NCBI GenBank assembly: GCA_030141605.1
Contig: JAQGDQ010000076.1
Coordinates: 647,202-711,201 of the forward strand
Length of the DNA: 64,000 bases
Direction of reading: 5' to 3'
From: Tubiluchus corallicola
Lineage: Eukaryota; Animalia; Priapulida
Positions 14,401 through 29,400 of the stretch are shown here, piece after piece; position 1 is the first letter of the stretch; each line of letters opens with the position of its first letter. The notes below the pieces were generated by a model that was given only the letters and a program-made list of their open reading frames with translations, had not been told where the DNA came from and ran no database searches. The position numbers and the translations under genes were made by a program.

Positions 14401-17400
14401 GTCATGACTTGACCAGTGTAGAGCTATTGTTGAATCAACATAAGGTTTGTGGATTGTTCATATTTCATCTCTAGTCGCTACACTTCTTTCCTTGCTGTTG
14501 CAACGAATTATGAGAATCCGTTTTAGCTGGTTTAATATCTATGAAACTATAAATTCTATTTTTAATTGAGGGAGATGTTGCTGAAATGTTTTTTTGTGTT
14601 TGTAAAATGGCACCTTATGATTGTTATGATTCAGTTCTGGTTTCCCATTCACTGTTAGTATTAAAGAGTACATATCTAGCTTCCGTAACAGTTTTACAAG
14701 CATTTCTTTGCTTTCCCTAAAAGGGTTTAATTTACAAAAACTGATGATGTTTATCAATACATAAAATTTATTATTTTATTACGTATTTTTTTATCTTTTA
14801 CCATGCATTTTTGGTGTTTCATTTTTGCATTTTGCTACTACAAACAATTCAATTCTACTGCGACTGCTTTTATCAAATGATTAATTCATTCCAGGCATTA
14901 GAAGCAGAAATCAGTGATCAACATAATCATTTGAACATTGTTATTGCGGGAGGGGAGGAGCTCATTGGCGAAGGGCACTTTGGTTCCGATGATGTTAAGA
15001 ATAGAATAGATGAGATCAATGCAGCCTGGGACGCGCTGATAGAGTTGGCTGCTTATCGGAAGAAACGACTTTTGGAGGCGGTGGATTATTACAAGGTAAT
15101 AAAGTTACATTGTGAAACAAAGTGAGACATTGAAACATCTTTGCTCAATATTCGTGGACTATTGCCATATCATTTCTTAATAAACTTAGCAAACTGTTTT
15201 TGCTTTTCAGCACATATTGTCTGGTATTAGCCGAAGTATGTGAGTTATCGTTAAGTAGATACAGGCTTTTATACGTAATCGACGGTGAAGCTTCTGGTAA
15301 TATTCTACACAGAATGAAATCTGTGGATAAGCTTTGTAGAGCACATAGTGTTCGATTGGCATCTCGAGAGAGTAGTGTTTCTGCATGACAGCTATTCTTT
15401 CATAAGAAATAATGTAACTGTATCAGAGTGTGTTCCAGTGGTGTCCATCTAAAAAGTCAATCGTGCTTGACTGGTCTAAATCGAATGATTTGCAAAATTT
15501 ATTGCTTGTATTTATAAATTATTTTTTTATAAAAGAACCATTTATTATAATCGTAAGGCAGTGGCTTATGCACAATTAGCATAAAATTCCTGGTAATTTT
15601 TAAGCTTAATGTTATTAATGTTTGTTTCGAACGTTACATTACAATATATTGTTAAATAATAAAAAATTTGTTAAAGTAAAACTTTTTCATTCATGAAGTC
15701 AGCAAATTGGTAGCAAAAGATTATTACCACGAAAAAGGTCAATAGGTTAGATTTTGATTTAGATTTGTTAGTTGTTTAAAAGGCTACTGCTAAAACGAAA
15801 AATAGCAACAACATTCGAATTTTTTATTACAGTTTTAGTTCAAAAATTGTTTGAGAACAAGTTACTGGTCAAATATCAGCGCTAAAATTAATCGTGATTA
15901 AATACTACATCATTCAGGAAAGAAAATTGCTGTACTACAAAAAAGATAGTCTGCACGATATCATTGAGACTATATGCATTATTTTATTTTCCTAAGCCCT
16001 GCCGAGTCATACACGGGTGTTTTGCATGATTCTGAATTATCGCTAAACTGTTTTTGTTGCGTTTTCAACTCTCTAGGCTATTTCATGTCCGGTATTGTTA
16101 CCATTTGCATATTAATAAAGGTTTCATATTTCAGTTTTTCGCTGACTGTGATGATGTTGATGCATACTTGTTGGAGTTACTACGCATTGTGTCAAGTGAG
16201 GATGTCGGACACGATGAAGCCAGTGTAAACTCTTTGATGAAGAAGCATAGGGTACAAATTACTTGAAATTTTTTTGTATCAAATTGTCTCCATTTATGTA
16301 AGACGGTGAAAATTACAGAATTTTTTTTATTAAAATAGGCCTAGTATTTTTGTTCTGGTCATGCATCCGTATGGCTGCTGAATTTTAAGTAATATTACTA
16401 TAGTGATATGCACAGGTAAAGCTGTTTTTCAAAAAGACAGTAATATAAAACAACACATAAAACTTGTTCATTGTCTTTTGTGTGCCCAATTTTAGGGGTA
16501 AATCACAAAAAAAAGATTGAAACAAAGGTGTATGAATATTGGTGTTTAAAACTGTTTTGAGTTTACTATGTTGTCTTTATTTTACGACATTGTATTACAG
16601 GAAATCACTGATGAGTTAAAGAGTTACACATCCGTGTTAGAAGGGCTTCACGAACAAGCCGACACACTAGGTGAGCAGGATCGCAAGTCACCGGAAGTGC
16701 AAGAACGTCTGGCCAGCATTGAACGGCGCTATCGAGAGTTGGCTGAATTGGCTGAAATTCGGCGTCAGCGATTGATTGATGCTAACACCCTGTACAGACT
16801 GTATTATGAATCGGATACAGTAGAAGGCTGGGTGAATGAAAAGGTAGAGAGACATTTCTTAAGTTGAGTGTAATTTATCCAATAGCACAAGGAAGTTATT
16901 CAAGAACTTAAACATTTATTACTTTGTCAATAATAATAATTTTCAAAAATCATTAATCTTGATATTAGAATCCATTTTCTAAATTTTCTCCCAGAGTTTG
17001 TAGCTCAAGTCGCTGCAAATTGGGATTGTTTCTGTGTAAAGTATGTTTAAATGGGTTTTATTGCATTGGTCCTTTTTCATGTTTTGTTATGTCCAATTTC
17101 ATCAAGCATGTACATACCAGACAAAAATTTTTGGTGAGATTTTAGTTGCTTCAAATAATTTGAACTTTTGATGTAAAAATATTTTATAGTATTAATTTTT
17201 TTGTGTTCTGTAACCTGTTTTAGCATTATGTTTCAATGAAGCCTAATTTTCTGACAGGAAAGACTTTTGGCTACGATGGTACCCACCAAAGACCTAGATT
17301 TTGAAGATTTGGAAGTGATGAAACACCGCTTTGAAGGCTTTGAACATGAGGTAAATGCCACCCAGCCAAAAGTGCAGACAGTCAATGAACTGGCAAGTGG

Positions 17401-20400
17401 TCTAGTTGAAGCTGCACATCCACATGCTGATGATGTAGTGAGACGTCAGAATCTGCTGAATCAAAAGTATGTGTTTTGTTTTCTTGTGTATGTTTGGTGT
17501 GAAGAGTGACGCGACGCGACTGAGAGACACTGACTCTGGTCAGTAAATGGATGAATCAACAATGTGAAAATACTTCTGGGCAAGGTTTATCTGACATATT
17601 TGGCTACTTTTCTAGCTGACGAAAGATGTATGCGAATCTGAATGTCGCTGTTGAATCTTTCACAAATTCTGTAATTTGTGTATAATGATTATTCTTGATA
17701 GTGAATTAATCTCCAATCACATCATAGTCTAATGAGCTGCCTTTCGTTTTTTTCCACAAGTACATACATTAAGTAAGTAAATCTGTTTGCACATTTTGTG
17801 AGTATACATCAAGTTACATTTTTGCTTTTTTTGCAGGTGGTCGGAACTGCTAGAGAAATCAGATGGAAAGAAAGATGAGATTAAACAATTCCATGGTATT
17901 CAAACATTCCATATTGAAACAGAGGAAACAATTGTAAGCTTGCAGTTTAAGCTCATTATTCAACTTCAAGAAATAAACTGTCAGAACGAAATTTATCATT
18001 TACTGTTTTTTGCAAACAGCATTTTTACAGCCTGAAGTTGCCACTGTGTTACCTTTTTCAGACTTGGATCAACGAGAAATGTAAGATTTTAGAAGAAACT
18101 CAGGAATATGGTGATGATTTGGCAGGAGTGATGAAGTTACAGCGCCGTATGAGTTTTATGGAGCGTGATATCAAAGCCATTCAAGACAAGGTGACAACGA
18201 TTTACGTGCACACTTGATTACTATTTTTATGTGTATATCAGAATTTCTGTATACATACGGGATATTCTATATATTATGTACACAGACATGCACGCACGCA
18301 CAATGTGCCAAAGTTTTGATCACAATATTATAAGAAAGAAATAACCGAGTCACTTGAAAATTACCACATTGAAGTTACAGACATTTGTGTATAAACACCA
18401 CAAATTTGCGGTCATTCATTTAGATTATTTAAATGATACAGCAGTTTTAAATCAATAAGCCAAAAAAATAAATGCCAGGAAAAATTTTATGTCACTATTG
18501 TTAAAATTTACAGCAAATGTGCCACCATTTTCAACAAAAACTAAACATTCTTCCAACAGCTAACACAGTTTCATGCACTCAGCAATTTTTGCCTCTAGCT
18601 CCTCTGCATCAAACGGTTATGTGCAGCCATCGTACGCTTTCTCTTTAAACGAATGTCTGATATCATAATCCAGAAGGTCCCATTTTTTTTCTTGGCACCA
18701 AAGCTTTGTTTTCTGTGCCAAAACCTATGATGTAAACCTGTTGATTTCTTTGTTTTTCTGCCTTGTATTGAGTGGTTTATATATCAACGCAGCAGTTTTT
18801 TAGCCGTAACTTAACTCCTTCACGACGACGAATATATGTGTAGTTTTGATATCCCCTTACAAAAATACCCATAACGGCCTAATTGCATGAGCTACTAGTA
18901 CAACACTACATATTTTGTGAAAGAGAATTAAATTTTCTTTGTAGCATTGTAAATAAAATGCTTAGATTTTTTTTTATTTGTGTAATTAACACGATTATAC
19001 GAAAAGTCTGTAGAATTTTCAAGGAATTTTCGTTTCAAAGCGTTCTAGTTTCCACGTCATAGCTTGTTCAACATAAAAACTGTAGAGCATCCTTTCAGAA
19101 GAAGATTTTGCGAGAAGTATTGAAATCACACTAACCTTCCAAATTTGACAGCTGCTCAAATGCACTAAGGTGTTACGAAACTTGTCTAGGAACCCAACCG
19201 CTTGCTGCACGTGAGTCTGCCCTGCGCTGGCTATTGAATTGACAACCGGTACTCCCAGAACAATCAGTAGCTGTATAGTAATTTAGAATGCGTTAATCAA
19301 TAATTGTTTTATGAATTTGTTTACTTGCAACAGATTTTTGACAGGCTGAAATTTTGATAGTTTATATACAATTTTATTAACAACTGTACAGAAATTACTG
19401 CTACATACTATATACAACATGTAAATGATTCTACCCAATTGATAAGTCTAGCTGTGAAATTGTTCCAAATTTTAAAAAAAAAGCACTGTTAATATTTTTT
19501 CACTCTTTGTATATTGTACAGTCAAAAGCACAATAAATGCAAGTGTGTTCAGAGTACTGCTTGCTGGATAGCGCTTGCTGCTGTTACATTCTGTGAACAC
19601 ACACCTAGATGACAACAAAAGTTACCTTTGCGTGCTAACAATAACCTGTGCTAATGAGTGCATGGCAAATCAACGTTCGATGCTACACTGAGATGCTGTA
19701 CAAGTGCAAAGCAAAAGTTTTATCCATTAGTTTGCAAAAATCTTCTTCAAAGATTGAAAACGAAGTATACAACAGAATTTTTTGTGCTTTACTTGCATGT
19801 TGGTCGTTTCATTCTCAAATTTCATTCAATTTGGAGAGAGGGAAGTTTAGTTAAAAAGGCATTGTTTTTGTCCATCACAGTTGATAGGTAAATGTATGTA
19901 CCCATCGGGAAGTTGTTAAAAACCACTAACACTGAAACTATAAACTTGTAGCTTTCTCATCCAAAAGTTATTAATGTATTGTAATGTTGTGCTGTGAAAT
20001 TTCAACCTTGTAGCTTACTTGCTTCTAATATTATTGTGGTCAAAACTTTGAAACATTTTTTCTGTGCTGCCTGATATGTTTGTGTGTGTGCATGGATGTG
20101 TGCATGTGTGTGCATGCGAATATGGTCTAGCTGTGCATACTTTGTGCAAAACCTGAAATTATTTATGTGTAATTGAATTTTTAACCTACTATTTTAGATC
20201 GGGAACTTCACTGATTGTATGTATTAGTAAAATCTGCCCCAAGTGGTTATGCTACAATCTTAATAATGCTATTAACTACAGGTAGATGATTTGGAGAAAG
20301 AAGCGGATCGGATTAGCCAAACTCAGCCAGAGGAAGCACAACAAATCCGACAAAAAGTGGAAGTATTGCGCAGAACGTATGCTGATTTAAGTGCACTGGT

Positions 20401-23400
20401 AGGAATCCATTCCGCTTTACGTTGTAACAGGATTTCATCTCATTTCTTTACGTCTGTTTGTCATAATAGTGTATTCACTTGTTTCTGCTGAAATTTCAAA
20501 ATGATTTTGACCTGTTTTCTGCATTGTATCAAAAAGTAATCTTATACAGTGTACAGATGCCATTCAAGTAAATAAATTAAGTGAACCTTGCAGTTATCAT
20601 TCATGTGTTAATTCGTAAAATATTTTTTTCTGAATAGTTGGCAGACAGAGAGGAAAAATTGGCTGAATCTGGAAATCTCCAGCACTTCCTGCGGGATTTG
20701 GACGACTTCCAAGCATGGCTTTCGAAGACTACTGTAGCCGTTGCTTCAGCTGATCAGCCTAATGATTTACAGGTTTGTTTTACTTTAAATGTCAATTATT
20801 GTTTATAAAATTTCTTATTTACTAGCAAGCTATAACTAAGAATGATTGCTTAATTAAATAATGTTTTCAAACTTTGGTATGTATGCAATAAAATCCAAAT
20901 CTGCATACAGATAAAGCAGTGCCACTCACATTATTTATAAAAAGTTGTGGTTGTTTCTCATTTTGAAATGTTGTGAAACAAGGAGATTTGTCAACCTGTA
21001 AATGTTAACGTTCTTAAATGTACATGTTTTATATTCAGATATTCTCTTAGCATTTTTACACTGTCTTTTATTACGGTAATTTACGTTTGTATGCGAAAAT
21101 GTTACGTGAGCTAATAGTTAACTGATTAAGATTATTTTGTATGATTGTGTCTTGTTCCCTTTTACCATTGGATATAAGTTTCATTCTTAGTACAGTTAAT
21201 TTTTTTTATGTTCATTTGTTTTCCATGTTAGTTGCTCTGATTATGTACGATTATTTGCAAATACGAAATTACAGTTTTACTGTGTTCGTACACAAAAAGC
21301 ATCGTGTTATAGAATTCATGCCCAGAAGAAAAACTGAAACTCAAATGTCTGAACATTTGTCCAATCTAAAGTGCATAACTGTTCTACAGTGGCTTTCTTG
21401 GGCCTGTAATTTAAAATCGTTAGCAAAATGTGCTTTATAGTTGATTGTCTACAATTTTTAATGCCCGAATTTGTTTTGCATCGGTTATGAAATAAAGGAA
21501 GGTGGGATGAGAAAGAGCCTGTTTTTGTCCAGAGATAAACATTAAAAAACTGAAATTTTGACATATGTGAAGTGATGAAATCAGTCTTGTTTCCTTGACA
21601 ACTGAACGAACGTGGCAGTGAGATGCATTTTGTGCAATCTGTGTCACAGATGCAAGCATTTAATTTACAGTTTATTATTAATTTTGATTTGTAGTTTTAA
21701 ACTTTAGTTTTTCATTACCACTAAGTCAGTGCTGACATCTGTTTGTACACTTTGAAGTTTTCAATATATCTATGTACTTGCTACTGCTATATGTTTGTTT
21801 GTAATTGGGTTACTTGGCTTCTCCGTGAATGTTGTAGTTTTCACACTTGGTATCTAGATTAGAAAGAAAGCAATAGGTTTAAACAGTTGTGTGGTTATAA
21901 CAACGTTTTGACTCAGGTGCCATGATATATTGGCCGATGGATTGACTTTAACTTTTCTTTACTACTGTTGATTATTTTCACCATTTTTGTATACATGTGG
22001 ATTGACTATGAGACTGTGACTTTGAGTAAAATACAGATCGCAAAGTTAAACCATGTTTTCATCCATTGATTTCATCTGTTTAACACGAACATCGCAATTT
22101 CAAAAACAGTCTGATAAACCTGCCAATGTCGGTTGTTGGCTCTTCCCAAAACACCCCAGCGACAGCCGTCATGACAATCTGTAACAAACCAGCTATGGTC
22201 TTGGGCAAAACTTTGCTTGATATTATATACTTTTTATGTACATATTTATTTATTTACAAGATAGTAATTATGCCAAAAATAATACATAAACAACAAATTA
22301 GCTTGTTTTTCCTTCGTTATCTGATTTAATCCATTTGCAGCTTTGTCTACAATACCATCAGTTTGCTACGTCTTGTGCAGAGTCAAGACAGCTAATTGCC
22401 CCATTGCCATAAAAAACTTTAACAAAGAGAGCATTTACATTATACAACATGCTGTGAGAATTTGTCAAAGTTACCGACATAGTTTTCAGTAGGATCCAGT
22501 ATTGCAGAAGTGACTATGGTGACTGTAAATAACATTGCCTGACTTTTACTGTTGTGGTTCTTACAGGAGGCTGAGAAACTGCTGCAGGAACACCAGGCTT
22601 ACAAAGTTGAGATTGAGGGTTATGAGGATGAATATTCAAAGCTGAAGGAAACAGGCGAACAAATTACGGCCAATCAGACGGATCCACAATACATATTCTT
22701 GAGACAAGTAATTATCCAGTTCTAGCAATTGTGCGGCAGATTGCAAGTGTTGGGTAGCATTTTTGCAGTACCAAGTTACAGATTTATTAAAAAACTATTA
22801 CTTGGCTTTACGTGAATAACAGTCACAGTTGTTAATGTGGCATTTTACGAGCTTGCTTTGCCTGCTGCCAGTATGGACTGGATGTGAAACAGTACTATAT
22901 GTTGGTGTTAATTAAACATTGATGAGATCAATTTCTAATCAAGAGTTACAAATGTCTTAACAAACAAAAGACCAAAATGGCAGATTCCTGTTTGTAATAA
23001 GTTTGTAAAACAGATATTTATTTTTGTGTTACGTTTTTTCATTAAAACTAAATATAAAATTTTAGCGGATTGAAGCTCTTAATGATGGTTGGAATGACCT
23101 GCACCAGATGTGGGAGAAGCAGCAGCGATTCCTCTCTGATGCACTTAACATGCAGGTGTTTATGAGAGATGCCAAGCAGGCAGAGCTCCTCCTGAACAAG
23201 CAAGACAATCACCTAGTGAAAGATGACATTCCAGTGAGTATTTAGAGGGACAGAGTTATCCAAATTCATTTGTGGAGAATTGGGTGTTCAACAAACGTGA
23301 AAGGGAAACAATAGAAAAGAAATGTAATGGGATGGAGACTACTTATTGTCTTAATTTGTTAAATGATGTCTTTCTTTCTTAATTTCTAAAAGAAAGTGAA

Positions 23401-26400
23401 TGGCTTGCAGCAGTCAAAAAGTATATAATTCACTAGAAATATCTCAGACTGCTTGCTTTGAAACTTTTTCATTAAAAATCATGTTTCATGTTGATAGTAA
23501 ACTGTGGATGTGGATTTTAGTGCTGTAATTTGCACAATTCTGATTTTATCTGCATTGTTTTTTCTGAATTGCTGAGATATTAATTCGTTGGCACTCAAAA
23601 ATTTGCATTGTAAGTTTTACAAACTGAATTTTGCAAACTGATGTGTCTTCCCCAAATGTTTTACATCCTCTAGTTTACTTTTACTAATGTACTAGTAAGT
23701 GTTTAGTGTTGTCATACAAAAACTTGTTGATTAGCAAACGCTGGAACAAGCTGAAGCAGCTGTGAAGAAACATGAAGGTTTCATGACCACCATGGAGGCC
23801 AACGACGAGAAAATCAACTCCGTGATTGGTTTCGGACAACGCCTGTGCGAGGAGGACCACTATGATGCTGACAAGATTTATAAGAAGGCGGCAAATATAG
23901 AAGAAAGGTATGTGTTCTCCGTATCGCATGTTAAAAGATGTATAAAAAGCTTGAAAAACTTTATTCTCTGAATGAGAGCGACAAAACTGTTTAGTTTTTG
24001 TAAAAATTTCACTTGATATGAACATATTTTTGTTGTAATTAGTTCACTATAGCACAATTGATTTGGAAGAATCTGAATTTTCTAATTGTTAGCAAGTGCT
24101 TTGTTAATCACAGTGTCAGATGAAGGTCAACAAAATTCAAAGTTGCACGATAAATCATTGTAAGACTTATCAATTCAGTTGTTTCAAACTTCATGACCAA
24201 ACTGTGGTTTCTCCCTCACACCTACTTTTTTCTCCTAACAAAAATAATTAAATGTGTGAAAAGTAGAAAACATATTATGGCCTCACTGTGTTAACGTGTC
24301 TGTCAGGAAACAAGTGATAATTGTGCATGCAAGTTCCTACAGAAGAGTGCCTGTCATTGCTAAGCTGCCGAGTTTTTTATGTCCCTTTAATATTTCATTG
24401 GATCATGAGAACATTAAATATTACAAACTCACGATTATTTTTTAATTTTGATTTCAAGCTTGAAATAAAAAATGTGAAAGAATTTTAATACAGAATGGAT
24501 TTGAACTAGGGGACCTCTGCTTACATCATATATGTCTGAGGCCACTAGCGTGCTGCATTCCTCAGTGGTCAAGGCAGTCCAAATTCATCCCTTATAGCTG
24601 GCCGATCAATTTTCACATTTCCTGCCTGTCAAGTTTAGTATCAAAATTCAATTAATTCTGGGTTACTAACATCATTCATATAACGTGTTTTTGTTGTTTG
24701 TGTCATTATTAAGTCTTATCCATGTTGAACATAGCTTAGAAGTTAATTTCTTTTGCTGTGCTCATGCTGCAATGTATTGTTAATGTGTAATTGTATAACT
24801 TGTATTTTGTCGTATTGTGCTAAATGGATGAGTAAATAAATCTAAATCTAATAATCATGACATTAAGTATATAATAATTAATTATTTGGCTTTATTGACT
24901 ATTTGATTTTAACAGGCGAAATGCCAACCGTGAGAGAGCAGAGGAGATGCTACAGCGGTTGAGAGATGCACTTGATCTTCAGCATTTCATTCGTGAGTGT
25001 GAAGAATTCGGATTTTGGTGTGGAGACAAATTCATTGCTGCCCAGGATGAGACATACCGGTCGGCAAAGACCGTCCACAGTAAGTGGACACGACATCAAG
25101 CATTCCAGGCTGAACTAGATGCCAATAAAGACAGATTAGACAAAATTTTGGAGGTACATTGTTAGATGTTCAAACTTAGTAACCTAGATTTACTGTCATA
25201 ATCATTTAATTAAATATGATTTCAATTGCATACCAATTTGAAGTTTAAAAGTTCAAAATAATAATGTCATTATTATACGTACTGTGGCAAGGTGATTTTG
25301 TTTTGTTTACACAAGAATCAAATGCACTTTTAAAATAGCCTTTTTCACAAAGTTTCTGTTTTGCAGAATAACTTCCACAAAAGTAAAAGTTGAGCCAGTA
25401 GTTTTTCGTGTGTTGATTTCAATTGATTTTTTGGAGAAATATAATTTCCTTTAATTGCAATCACCGTTACTTTAAGAGGAGCATCAGAAACTGTCTCCTA
25501 TCAGTAGCAAATCACCATCAGCTTTATCTTCACTTCATTGTCACTTTTAACTGTAAAAAATACCCCACCTACCCTTCCAGACTGCCTCTTAGTGTAAAGT
25601 GTTCAGTACAAGAAAGACTCGCTGTACTTATTTATGATAAAATATCTGTTTTGATAATGATGTTAATAATAAATTCATTTTCATATTCTTTTCACCATAG
25701 TGCAAGGCAGTTTAGGTTTACATGCACAATGTGCAATTTAACATCACTGCATTACATTATAAATTTATAATTATATCTACATGTCATTAGCACTGTGCAT
25801 TTTGTTAGGAGATTATAAACTTCAACTGTTTTAATATTACCAGGAAGGAGAAAAACTAAAACGGGAGAAACAAAATCTGGCACTGGAGATACAAGAACGC
25901 ATGGATCAGTTGAAAGAAGAATATGATCAACTGCAGGAAACAACACAGGAGAAAGGGCAGAAGCTGTTTGATGCTAACCGCCATGTTTTGTATGAGCAGT
26001 CGGTGCAGAATGTGGAGGAGTGGATGACCGAACTGGAATCTCAGATTGTACAGGATACGGGGACAGATCTGACGAGTGTCACACTGTTGATGCAAACTCA
26101 ACAAGTGAGTGGTGAATAATGGAATTTTTGTTAAACCTTCATTTCTGTGAATGTGTTTATCAGCTGTTGAATCTGGGCCCATCACCCACCACATGTCTGT
26201 ATATGCCTTCATTTTTTTCTGACCTTCTTCTTAGGTGTGCAAACTTTTTTAAAAAATTTAATAATTGTAAATACCGAATATTATTTCTGCTACAAATTCT
26301 TACATACAACTCCAACCAGTCAGAAAATGGGGGAATCATTATAAGACATCGTACACAGCATTGGAGTGTGTTAGGAGCCATGTGATGACGCATTTGTCTG

Positions 26401-29400
26401 GCCTGACGCATAACGTTGTAATATATTTAGTAACAAAATTGTTTTCATGCAACAATAAAACTATTACATTGTGCCACAATTTTAAGTTTAAATCAGTCAT
26501 CCATAGTACATACTATGGAATGTTGCATCTACACTTTGGTTTTGACTGGTCTTATGGGAGAATTAATCACAAGCATCTGAATTGTTCTGCTGTCTGTACA
26601 AGAATTGATTTTAGGTAGATGTGTTCTTTCGCAGCTTTGGCATTTACACTTCTTAATTCCTCTCTATTTCTAATTTTTCTTGTAAACAATTCACTGTTAA
26701 TACTAGTAGTAAATTGTGCTCAAAGAGTCTCGTGGACTGTACTATCTATCTTTTTTCCAGGTTTTAGAGACGGAAATGAATGCTAAACAAGCTCAGGTGA
26801 TTGAACTTGAATCTCAACGAGATCACCTGGCCAGGCTGGAACCAGAAAATGTCGAAAAGCTTGAGCTCATTGAGGCACAGAAAGTGCAAGTTGAAGAAAG
26901 GTGTGTCTTGCACTGCCATAATTTGATTTTTTGAACTATTGTAAACAACACTTCATGGAAAAATTTACTCTTCACAATATCTGCTTGCAATTTCTATATT
27001 TTTATTGTTTTATCATGTTACTTCTAGGAGTATTAGGGTTAATACATAACTTAAAGTCTGTGAACTAATGCTATTTGAATCTCCTGTATTTCAGGTTCCA
27101 GAAACTCAAAGCTCCGCTGGACGAACGAAGAACTCTACTGGAACGGAAACGGGAAGTGTTCCAATTCCTACGAGACATCGAAGACGAGTTGCAGTGGGTG
27201 GAGGAAAAAATTCCACTTGCCAAAAGTAAAAATTATGGGAACAGCTTGTACCAGTGTCAGGCGCTGAAACGCAAACATCAGGTGATTATGGTCTGCACTT
27301 TGCATTTGCATTAATTCTTGTTGCAAAAGTTAGTGTTTAGTTTATATACACCTCCTGAGTGTAAATGTTTGAACCATAAAAGAAAGCGTAGAATATCACA
27401 ATCTGGTGGAGATCCGATCTAGTGAATACCCGCTACTTTATTACTAGCAGTTATCCAAACTTTAATTCCTGTTTTCACTATTTTACTACTAACATTTATC
27501 TAAACTTTAATTCCTAATCTTTCGCATTCTTTAATTCCATGTTGACAGAATCTGCGCAATGAGGTAACAAACCACGAGCCCAGAGTCGTTAGCATTTGTG
27601 ACACAGGTCGTCAGCTAATAGCAAGCGGACATGAGCGGGCGGAAGAATTTGCAGAAAAATTGGAGGTATGTGTCACATTTTTGATATTGGTGATATACTA
27701 CTTCGAAATTGAGGAAGATAGAGAAAGTTATGTGAAAAATTTTAGTGTCTTGTAATTATGTCAACTGATAATAGCACGGTAAATAGTAAGTAACTCATAC
27801 GAGACAGACAGCCCAAGTATAGACCGGTACAGAGATATGTTGGTGTCCCAGTTCAGTAAAATAACAAGGGATAAATAGGTGGAAGCAGTGCTGGTGGGTC
27901 ATGTGCTGAATCATAACAATGGGTCAAGAGACAAAGACAGATTCACAATTTCGGATTTGATGATTACTATGAAAAATGAAATCATAGCATGCATGGAGAC
28001 AAGACTGAATGTTATACTAGATTTGCAATCAGATAATGCCGACATTGGATAAGACCATCATGACTATTGATAAACAGCATGAGATTCTGGATGAGCAACA
28101 GCATTTTCTGAATCGAGTGGATTTGAAAAAAATAAAAATCTCATCCTGCAAGGAAGTAAGTGAGGGTGAGCCATTAGCAGGATATACAACTGACAATAAT
28201 AAAATGAAATTTATTCTTCTGGCATGTGGTTATGATGGCTGCTCTGAGGATGGTAGCATCGCTGGAAAATTTTAACTAAGGGCAGAAGACTAAAACACAA
28301 CATTTCTGCTAAAGAGATTTTCTCGAAGAAGGATGTATAATTGTATATCCATTGGTTACAAAGGAACACGTGAGATTATATAGAGTCCGTACAATATTAC
28401 ACCCAAAAAATAAACCCGAGAAGTACGACGGAAAGTGAAAAGAAAAGACAGAAAAGTGTACATCTGAGCAATGATGAATTTAAACCCCTTTTTTCCGTTA
28501 CAATTTCACTGCAATATTATTGTGTAGTGCCAATGTAAAATGATGTGTATAGAATGGGTCCTTATTGTTATTGTTATTTGCTTAGTTTTGATGTGTTTAT
28601 ATGTTTGACTCAAGTGGTGTATTACTTGTATGTGTACAATGTTGAACTAATGAAAATAAACAACTGACACGACTATGTAAGCATTCATTTCTTGTGTGAT
28701 TATTTTTCCCTTGTGTCTTTGCACATTATTCTTTAATCAAAACATTGCAAACTTAGAACTACTATTTTTGCATAGTAAACAGCACAAAAGAGAATTTCTA
28801 TCCTTTAATTTCTTTAAAATGGGGATTTTTTGTTAATTGTTCCAATTTTTGCCATTAGGAATTATTTCAATGTTTAATTTTGGCAGTTCACGGTACAAGT
28901 TAAATATGCCTCAGTGAAATAAAGCAGTTGTATGACAGTATGGTCTATTGAGTAAAACAGTTCAAAATATCGAATAGCTGAAAATTAATGTCATTTGGTG
29001 TAAAATCTAGTTATCAACACTGTAATTGCTGAGGTCTGACATATACAAATACCAATATAATCATTGTAACAGTTTTCACAAATTTTGCTTAGATGTTGGA
29101 AAACCGTTGGCACGATCTCCGTGATGCTCTCGACGAAAGAGAATTTGCTTTGAACGAAAATGAGCATGCACAACGGGTGAGTAAGAACACACCACTAGTG
29201 TGACTTGCATTTGTTCATTTTGTGTGTCTATCTTTACTAGACTTACTCAGAAAATTGTCAACCAGCACTTTAAAGCAGGAAATTGTGAAAAAATGGTACC
29301 ACTGAAATCTCTTAAATTTTCATTGATAATCTTCCAAGGATGGGCGGAACTGACAAATGTCCATCTTCGTAAATGCTAGGTAAAATTATGGTGAAACAAA

